From Octopus vulgaris (lineage: Eukaryota): 64,000 nucleotides of DNA. The stretch covers positions 22,568,001-22,632,000 of the forward strand of contig OX597838.1 in NCBI GenBank assembly GCA_951406725.2. The letters run 5' to 3'. Shown here piece by piece: positions 54,126 through 64,000 of this stretch. Each line of letters begins with the position of its first letter. Within the stretch, counting starts at the first letter, position 1. The translations under genes were made by a program, and so were the position numbers. Below the pieces are notes generated by a model. The model worked only from the letters and a program-made list of their open reading frames with translations. It was not told where the DNA came from and did no database searches.

Positions 54126-54357
54126 TTACACATACACACACACACACACACATTGCATTTCTCATTCTTCTATTTCTTAACATAAATTGTAAGCAATCAA
54201 TATTATCTATAAAGTGTAAGTAGAGACAGTTCCTGTTTGCTTTGCGAGTAAAGAAGGAAAAGCAGACAAATAATGGCTTTCCTGTTCTTTTCGAGGAGAG
54301 GGCGTGAAAAAAAGGGACAACGAAAAACAAAAGGGGAGACCAAGAGAGAGAGAAAGG

Positions 54358-54511
54358 CAGAGAACAGCCAGTTTCTAAAGTTAGTGGGGAGTGAGAACAT
54401 AACAAAATGGCGCTGTGACACATACCAAACGTCTTTTATCTGATTTCTCTTATTTTGTACGGAATATTTCAATAGTTATAAAATACGTAATTGTCTTCTA
54501 CGTTCATTAAT
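54358..54511 (-). other. Non-coding element paralogous to 38451-38608
   Basis: See the partner copy; also contains AAAATGGCG (YY1-like). Confidence 0.8.
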
Positions 54512-54942
54512 TTCGTATTTCGGTAACAATGTCATTATGCATGAACCTTACGACAACTGATCTAGGTGTGACGTGAAAAAGATGAAAGCCCATTGGTTCG
54601 TCCATTGTCGTCTGTTTATGACCTCAGGGCTTGCTTTGGGTTTTAAGAAGTCGGCGGTCGCCAGCATATCGCTGGAGATTAAGCAGACAGTTCAAAAACA
54701 AGAGAGACAAAACAGGCGAACAAGAGGTCAAGAGAGAGGAAGACAGAGAAAAGCAAACTTTTTCCTGCTTGCTTTCAGTTATAGTAAGAAAGGGCACTTT
54801 GTGTTAGGGGTCGACATAACTGTGGGTTGGTCAGCCATTATTTATCTTCAAGATGTGAGGCCGACGAATCTTGTGGAAGCATGGTCCGTGATTTGCATGG
54901 CGAGAGCCGAGTTGTGTTCTCGATTTATCAAGTGCGGCAATA

Positions 54943-55154
54943 AGGCGGCGAGCTGGCAGAAATGTTAGCACGCCTGGCGAAATGCTTAGAGGCGTTTCGT
55001 CTGTCTTTACGCTCTGAGTTCAAATTCCACCGAGATCGACTTTGCCTTTCATCCTTTCGGGGTCGATAAATTTCATCCTTACTTGGGTCGATGTAATCGA
55101 TTTACCCACTCCACGCAAATTCCAGGTTTTGTACCTTTAGGAGAAGGGATTATT

Positions 55155-55199
<45 letters not shown>

Positions 55200-55570
55200 A
55201 AGGCGGCGAGCTGGCAGAATCGTTAGAATGTTCTGTTCTGAGTTCAAATCCGTTACGTTCTAAGTTCAAATTCTGCCGAGGTCGACTTTGCCTTTCATCC
55301 TTTAGGGGTCGATAAATTAAGTACCAGTTACGCACTGGGGTCGATGAAATCGACTTAATCCCTTTGTCTGTTTTTGTTTGTCGTCTCTATGTTTTGCCAC
55401 TTGTGGGCAATAAAGAAATAAGAATCGTTAGCACTGTGGACGAAATGCTTAGCGGTATTTCGCCCATCGCTAAGTTCCGAGTTCAAATTCCGGCGAGGTC
55501 GACTTTGCCTTTCATCCTTTCGGGGGTTGAAAAAATAAGTACCAGCTGAATACTGAGGTTGATGTAATTT
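54943..55570 (+). mobile_element. Cluster of SINE family B copies separated by (GTT)n
   Basis: Heads GGCGGCGAGCTGGCAGAA at about 54944 and 55202; a further body starts near 55420. Confidence 0.88.
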
Positions 55571-56085
55571 TGAAATAATAATAATAATGATTACTATTAT
55601 TGTATTAAGCCAGCGATTTGGGAGAACCGTTAGCGCCGCATAAGACAAAATCCTAAACGGCCCTCTTCTTTTACCAGTAATTTCTCACTGCTTCTCACTT
55701 TATTAAACCTAGAAGCAGGATCTAAACGCGGCACCTAAAAGCTGTCGCAAGTAAAAGATGTACTTTTGTTCGACGCACCACCGATTCTGCCGTTCCGTCC
55801 ACGCACTGTTACCAAAACTACCTTCACTGGAAAGCGAAACTACAACGACGAAACAGAGAGAAGGTTATAATTCTATTTTTCTATAATTTCATTATTTGAT
55901 TTTTTTTATGGAAGGGCACGGGTGGAGCAGTGAGGTGTATGGGGAGAAGGGGGTGTGCGAAAGGGATGGAGGGATGGAGGTGGGGGGTTGATAGAAATGG
56001 AAAAAGAGGATGGAGAGCGACGACGGAACTGCTAAAGATTAATTTTTTTAGGAAAACCGCTTTCAGAAGGAAACACACACGCACA

Positions 56086-56129
<44 letters not shown>

Positions 56130-56810
56130 TACATACATACATACATACATACACACACACAAGCATACACATACACACAAACACACAAGCATACACACTA
56201 GCAAACACGCGCACAAACACACATACACGCGCATACACACACACAGTCACACACGCACACATGCACACACGCAAACACACAAGCATACACACACGCACAC
56301 ACACACAAACACACACATACACACACACACACAGACACACACGTATACAGACACACACATACACACACCAAATACACATCTGTATAAAAGTCACACGCCT
56401 CTCCGCTTTCCCTCCAAACAAGAAAATATAAATAGACCGACATGATATACATACATACATACATACATACATACACACATACATACATGCATACATACAT
56501 ACATACATAGATGCATACATACATGCATACACACACACATATACATGCATACACATACACACATATACACATATATATATATATATATAAAACACTCCCA
56601 CAAAGAAATAATTATTTTGACCTACAAACCTAGTTTCAAAGGGAATTTATAATAATTTTTTACCCTTTTTTTACCCTCTGTCCCTATTTTTTTTTAAAGG
56701 GATCTGCTCTGTTTTCCTTACCATATGATAAGCTAGGTCATGCATTACTATTAGCTGACGTTCTCACGGACGATGTACCCCGGTTTTTTTTATTTATTTA
56801 TTTATAATTA

Positions 56811-56874
<64 letters not shown>

Positions 56875-57318
56875 CAAGACTGCCTATTTTGAATAACCCG
56901 TATGCAACAACACAAAGGCAAAAAACCGGCAGACTCGTCAGCCCAACTGATATATAATGCTTATGTATTGTTGCTTTCGTCTGTCTTTTTGTTCCGAGTT
57001 CAAATCCCGCCAAGGTCAATTTAGGGTCGATAGAATAAAGTAACTGTAGAATAAAGGAGTTGATGTAAACTACAAGCTGCTTTTCACTTCCAGAACATCA
57101 TGATTGTTCTAGAAGCCATTATCTCCTTTACGATAAATAGCCACCATGACACGCCATATGTTTCCATTAGTTGTAGATAGATAGCCACTAGTGAATGAAT
57201 AAAGAAATTAAAGACCGGATGGTCACAGCTGGCGTGTCTTTGGTCATGGGTTTGGTCGATATAGATGCAATGCAGATTGAAGTGGATCTTGGTCGTTAAA
57301 GCCAACCGAAGCTAAGAA

Positions 57319-57353
57319 CGGACATGTTTCGATTTTATGAAACTTCTTCAGCG
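57319..57353 (-). ncRNA. Minimal type I hammerhead-like motif with intact core
   Basis: CG-CTGAAGA-A-GTTTCATAAAATC-GAAA-CATG-TC-CG: canonical CUGANGA, GAAA and GUC; stems I and II short and imperfect. Confidence 0.55.
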
Positions 57354-57535
57354 AAGTATGTTTTACTGAGCAGGATTAAGAGTTTTCAGTACACACACAT
57401 GCACGCGCATGCACACACACACACACGCACATATACACACGCACACACACATGCAGACACACACATGCACACGCGCACAGACACACACACACATGCACAC
57501 ACACACATGCACACACATGCACACACACACATATA

Positions 57536-58143
<608 letters not shown>

Positions 58144-58429
58144 AAGACGAAGTCCAGGCTATTGAAAAGTATCTCTACTTCTAATCCGATTTTATTAATT
58201 AAAGACAAACTCATTAATGCAGTCTCATCTTTCGGTCAAAAGATACGAGTAATAGAATAATTAAAGGTAAATGAATAATTAAATCTAATTAGACATTTTA
58301 TACTGCAACTTCTAAACATTTTGAAAGTAGCTCACTTACTGCATCAATAATGCTTTTGTATAACCTCAGGGTTCCACGGAACTTAGGGTGGGGACCGCTT
58401 ATATGCAAGACAAACGGGATAAATAGCTA

Positions 58430-59240
58430 CTACAACATGGATGCTACGAATGGCCCTAAATGTGAAACGACAGCAACATATGACAAATGAATCCCCTTAT
58501 GGAAACTTGCCGAAAGTTAGCTGGGAGATCAGGTAAAGACAACTGCGAGTATCTGGTCGCTGTACGTGCCACGCAGGACTGGAAACAAGGCCCCCTCTTC
58601 AAGAAGAGGAAAATATCTGTGGAATGGCAGCAACCTATGACAAATGAATGGCTTTATAGAGACATGTTGGAAGTTAGCGAGAAGATCAGGCAAAGACGGC
58701 TGCGGTTATCTGGTCAATGCGTGAGAATCAGGTCAATACATGAGTATCTGGCCAAAGCGTGAGAATCTGGTCAACGCGTGAGAATCTGGGCAATACGTGA
58801 GAATCTGGGGCAGTGCGTGATAATCTGGTTAATGCATGGGTATCTGACCAAAACGTGAGAATCTAGTCAACACGTGAGAATCTGGTCAACGCGTGAGAAT
58901 CTGGGCAATGCGTGAGGATCTGGTCAATGCATGAGAATGTGGTCAATGCGTAAGGATCTAGTCAATGCGTGAGAATCAGTTCAATGCGTGAGAATCTGGT
59001 CAATGCGTTATAATAATGTAAGAAGGGTAAAAAATATCGTCACACTTGGATCAACAACTTGAGTGCAGTCACTGGCCTGGAATGTATCCAGGGCATCGAG
59101 GCAGTGATGTTGGACCCAGAAGTGTGCAGGGTAGACTTTGTTGCTGCGGCCCCGATCAGGCAAAGACGGCTGCAACCATCTGGTCACTGTATGTGATGCC
59201 CTGAACTGGAAGCAATATAATTAATCATGTAGAACCCACC
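58430..59240 (+). mobile_element. Rearranged RTE/RTE-X LINE 3' relics
   Basis: MLRMALNVK.QQHMTNE and WQQPMTNEWLYRDMLEVSEKIRQRRLRLSG.C; the segment is repeated at about 58430, 58615 and 59155. Confidence 0.75.
58708..59008 (+). repeat. 19-bp minisatellite (about 16 units, consensus ATCTGGTCAATGCGTGAGA)
   Basis: Contiguous units without spacers. Confidence 0.93.
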
Positions 59241-59662
59241 GCAGGAGTGGCTGTGTGGTAAGTAGCTTGTTTACCAACCACATGGTTCCGGGTTCTGTCC
59301 CACTGCGTGGCACCTTGAGCAAGTGTCTTCTACTATAGCCCTATAGCCTCGGGCCGACCAAAGCCTTGTGAGTGGATTTGGTAGACGGAAACTGAAAGAA
59401 GTCCGTCGTATATATGTATATGTGTGCGTGTATGTTTGTGTGTCTGTGTTTGTCCCCCCAACATTGCTTGACAACTGATGCTGGTGTGTTTATGTCCCCG
59501 TCACTTAGCGGTTCGGCAAAAGAGACCGATAGAATAATAAGTACTGGGATTACAAAAGAATAAGTCCCCGGGGTCGAGTTGCTCGATTAAAGGCAGTGCT
59601 CCAGCATGGCCGCAGTCAAATGACTGAAACAAGCAAAAGAGTAAAAGAGTAAAAGAGTAAAG
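59241..59662 (+). mobile_element. SINE family A, full length
   Basis: Head to tail recognisable. Confidence 0.93.
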
Positions 59663-59825
59663 TGTAATGGTGATATAAGAAGAGTGAAATGTCGTCACAC
59701 TTACATCACTGGCCCTGGAACGCATCCAGGACATCGAGGCAATGATGATGGAGCAAGAAGTGTGGTGGGCGGACTCTGCCCGGGTTGGAATCCGGCAAAA
59801 ATAATAATAATAATAATAATAATAA

Positions 59826-60103
59826 AATTATATGAGAATGATCCCTGGCTTACCATCCCTGCAAGAAGTGCAAAAGATTGTCTTAACTGGTACATCACAC
59901 GTATTGAGAAGAGCATTGTCGATGTGAGAACTGATGCTGCTCATGTATTTTAATTTAACTTAAAAAAAAAAATTTTTTAAAAAAATGAACGAACTATTGA
60001 GTTTGGTTTAATGGCCTACCAATGTATACTATGAGTTCCTTTGCCCTAGGAGTCGGGAAGACACTCGGCAAGAAATGGAAGCAAATTTGAAAGAAGAAAA
60101 AAA

Positions 60104-60104
<1 letters not shown>
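59826..60104 (+). mobile_element. 5'-truncated R4/Dong-clade LINE within (TAA)n
   Basis: YMRMIPGLPSLQEVQKIVLTGTSHVLRRALSM* (stop ends at 59927), then a 3' UTR; TAA repeats on both sides. Confidence 0.85.
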
Positions 60105-60143
<39 letters not shown>

Positions 60144-60463
60144 GTAATGCAAGACAAGCAAATTTGATAAGATGGGTGAAAGGGGGGAAAGTTGATTCTT
60201 GGAGTAAGTTTAGATGTCTGTGGTTCAGGAGAAAGGGGATTGGTATGAAGCCGGGTGGTAAAATATGCAGGCTTTTATCAGCAGGTGTTTTAATTGCGAA
60301 ACCATTCTTCGCTTGAGAGGTGGTGGGTGGGTGGGAAGGACCGGCACGGAGAGTGGAAACCCTTTTGGCAAGGGATCAGAAACCCCTGTTGCGTATTTTG
60401 GATTACGAAGCAGTTCGTGTTATGTACACATACACCACGTGTATGTGTGTGTGTGTGTGTGTC

Positions 60464-60512
<49 letters not shown>

Positions 60513-60671
60513 GAGAGAGAGAAAGAGAGAGAGAAAGAGTATTTGTTCCTAAGTCAAATTATATAGTTATATATAGAAACAATTTAAGAGTTAAGTGAGA
60601 TATTATTCAATACTTCATAGCAGAGTATATTTTTATTAAACAAATACACACACGCACGCACACACACACAC

Positions 60672-60750
<79 letters not shown>

Positions 60751-61096
60751 CAAGCTAATGTACAGCACGAGCTGGTTAGGGCGTTGAACCTACGAATCGC
60801 GAGATTGTGGTTTCGATACCCAGGGAGGGTGATGCGTTTCCTTCTTGAGCAAAGCACCTCGTCTCACGTCGCCCCTGCGATCACTTCAACACCTGACGCG
60901 TGGTACACACAGTGTACCTGTTCTGGCAAAGTCGATTTGTTTGTGGGAGTGGGGTAATGTGCGCCACGAACAAATCGATCACCACAAAACAAATCATTTT
61001 TGCAGATTGATCAGCAAAAAGATTGCAGAACTGCCTTACTGGGACACCGAGAGACTACCATCCATCTATCCACATATCTCTTTCTTTCTCTCTTCT

Positions 61097-61286
61097 ACTT
61101 GTTTCAGTCATTTGACTGTGGCCATGCTGGAAAACTGCCTTTAGTCGAGCAAATCGACCCCAGGACTTATACTTTGTAAGCCTAGTACTCATTCTATCGG
61201 TCTCTTTTGCCGAACCGCTAAGTTACGGGGACGTAAACACACCAGCATCGGTTGTCAAGCGATGTTGGGGGACAAACACAGACACA

Positions 61287-61365
<79 letters not shown>

Positions 61366-61528
61366 ACGACGGACTTCTTTCAGTTTCCGTCTACCAAATC
61401 CACTTACAAGGCTTTGGTCAGCCCGAGACTATAGCAGAAGACACCTGCCCAAGGTGCCACGCAGTGGGACTGAACCCGGGACCATGTGGTTCGTAAGCAA
61501 GCTACTTACCACACAGCCACTCCTACGC
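61097..61528 (-). mobile_element. SINE family A, full length
   Basis: Head to tail recognisable. Confidence 0.93.
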
Positions 61529-61573
61529 TATAAATAAATAAATATAAAATACATCAAGTAGAGGACATCACCA

Positions 61574-61830
61574 GTGGAGGCGCGTGGCTCAGTGGTTAGG
61601 GTGTCAGCATCATGATCGTAAGATTGTGGTTTCGATTCCTGGACCGGGCGACGCGTTGTGTTCTTGAGCAAAACACTTCATTTCACGTTGCTCCAGTCCA
61701 CTCAGCTGGCAAAAATGAGTAACGCTGCGATGGACTGGCGTCCCGTCCAGCTGGGGGAACACATACGCCATAGAAACCGGGAAACCGGGCCCATGAGCCT
61801 GGCTAGGCTTGAAAAGGGCGCATTTATTAC
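61574..61830 (+). mobile_element. SINE family D (tRNA head, CORE-like body) with 12-bp TSD
   Basis: A box TGGCTCAGTGG, B-box-like GTTTCGATTCC; TSD AGGACATCACCA at 61562 and 61831. Confidence 0.92.
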
Positions 61831-61960
61831 AGGACATCACCAACGAGTGAAAAATACGTAAACGTATAATGAGAGACAAGTACGGAACAAAATACCTAAA
61901 GAGGTCTAACCCCTCCTCAGTTGTCGACTATTTATTACTCCCTATTTCGACATACACATG

Positions 61961-62152
61961 TGGAGGCGCAATGGCCCCGTGGTTAGGGCAGCGGACTCCC
62001 AGTCGTAGGATCGCGGTTTCGATTTCCAGACCGGGCGTTGTGAGTGTTTATTGAGCGAAAACTCCTAAAGCTCCACGAGGCTCCGGCAGGGGGTGGTGGC
62101 GATCCCTGCTGTACTCTTTCGCCACAACTTTCTCTCACTCTTTCTTCTGTTG
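61961..62152 (+). mobile_element. SINE family C, 3'-truncated
   Basis: Head GGAGGCGCAATGGCCC.GTGGTTAGGGCAGCGGACTC. Confidence 0.9.
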
Positions 62153-62159
62153 ACCTAAA

Positions 62160-62372
62160 ATCACCACCACCATCATCACCACTAACATCAGCACCACTAC
62201 CACCACCACCATCACCATCACCACTACCACCACTAACATCAGCACCACCACCATCACCACCATCACCACCACCATCACCACCACCATCACCACCATCACC
62301 ACCACTATCACCACCACCATCACCATCACCACCACCATCACCACCACCATCACCACCACTGACATCAGCACT
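62160..62372. repeat. (CAC/CAT)n low-complexity tract
   Basis: Direct reading; ACT.ACATCAGCAC recurs three times. Confidence 0.9.
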
Positions 62373-62835
62373 AGCCAGCGGGGTGGTGTCATTTGAAGGC
62401 TAAAATCAATACGAAGCGCATTGTGACCAGCGATGTGTAGCAACATCTGATAGGCCTGGTCGGTCACGGTGAACACGGTGATTTCGACACATACACACAC
62501 ACACACACACACTGCTTATATTTAATAATCCCAGATTTAGGCTGCAGGAGTTATGCTTTCCCCGTACTGAATAAGGTATTTTGTACCGAAATATCAACTT
62601 ACGGCAAGCGATAGATGATAACGAAAGATAACCGTGCCGTGTGGTTTTTCCTATTGCTTCGAGCATATTTAAACAGTAATTCTAATACGATCCATATTTT
62701 ATTGAAATTCTGTATGTTGTTAGGCGTACGGTGTCTGTGTAATTTGTGTGAACGTCTATATTTACACGTTCTTCTGTCTTTCTGTCTATCTGTCTTGTCT
62801 CTCTCTCTCTCTCGGTCTCCATCTCTTTCTCTGTG

Positions 62836-62873
<38 letters not shown>

Positions 62874-62971
62874 TCACTCCCTCTCTCTCTTCTTTCTTTG
62901 TTTTTCACTGTCTTTCTCTCCTCTGTTTCTGCTATATTTAACTGATGCAGGGTACTGAGAGATGGTGTGAA

Positions 62972-63012
<41 letters not shown>

Positions 63013-63158
63013 TTACATATATATGTATATATATATACACATATATATACATATATATATATATATATGTATGTATATGTATATATATACACATACATAT
63101 ACATATATGTATGTATATATATGCACATACATATACATATATGTATGTATATATATGC

Positions 63159-63204
<46 letters not shown>

Positions 63205-64000
63205 AATATTTTCTATGCTATGGTTATATATATATGCGTGTGTGTGTGTTGTGTGTGTTTATTAATCTCCTTTTATGTGCAACACACACATATATGTATG
63301 TATATATGTATGTATGTATGCATGCATGTATGTATGTATGTATGTATGTATGCATGTATGTATGTGTCTTTACATACATAAAGACACATACACACGCATA
63401 TGCATATACATAATACATACATACATACATACATACAGACATACATATATATATAGCATATTTATATATAGCGCTCTATATTTAGTAAATGCTATATATA
63501 GAATTTCCGTTTACAAGCATACATTATACAGCTATTCGTGCGTGTCGAAGTGTGTGTGTGCGTGTGCGCGCGAATATTCACATATTTTAGTGTATGTATA
63601 TGAATGCATGTGTGTGTTTGTGTTTGTGCTTGTGTCTGTGTGTCTGTGTGAGTGTGTGTGAGCGTGTGTGTGTTTGTGTCTGTGTTGGTTATGCATATGT
63701 GTGTGTGTGCGTGTATGTGTGCATGTGTGCGTGTATGTGTGCATGTGTGCGTGTGCGTGTATGTGTGTGTACGTGAGAGAGAGAGAAAGAGAGAAATAGT
63801 ATAAGCATGCACACACACAAACACACGCACGCACGCACGCACACACACACATACACAGCTGAAGGTAAGTATAAAGATATAACGACAGGTGCGACACTAG
63901 CGCCATCACCACCGCCACGACCGCAGCCACAACAAACAGCTCGATCGTCATCACCACACTACTACAACCCAAGCACCCTAATACAACTACCACCACCTCG

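Noticed and set aside
58708-59008. CRISPR-like array
   Set aside because: The 19-bp units are contiguous with no unique spacers, there are no cas genes, and the context is eukaryotic.
63858-63870. CAG-CTGAAG-GTAAGT micro-exon
   Set aside because: Upstream sequence is (CA)n rather than a polypyrimidine tract; a chance match is likely.

Overview
This is eukaryotic, AT-rich, intergenic or intronic DNA with no credible intact protein-coding gene. Nearly all listed ORFs are translations of microsatellites ((TA)n, (TG)n, (TATG)n, (GATA)n, (TAA)n, (GGT)n) or of SINEs. The repeat complement resembles an octopus (coleoid cephalopod) genome; this is recognition from memory, not a database result. The window holds about 25 copies or fragments of one tRNA-derived SINE with an internal microsatellite, a Meta-domain-like SINE that occurs as monomers and as 184-bp head-to-tail arrays, and two other tRNA-derived SINEs. 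It also holds relics of mariner, Tc2-like and hAT MITEs, Helitrons, and R4/Dong, HERO and RTE LINEs. Three observations stand out. (1) Several minimal type I hammerhead-ribozyme-like motifs of the Penelope/retrozyme kind lie in short non-coding elements. (2) Separate SINE arrays share one fixed tail-to-head junction. (3) A roughly 155-bp diverged non-coding element is present twice, inverted, 16 kb apart. None of these is shown to be functional or new from sequence alone.
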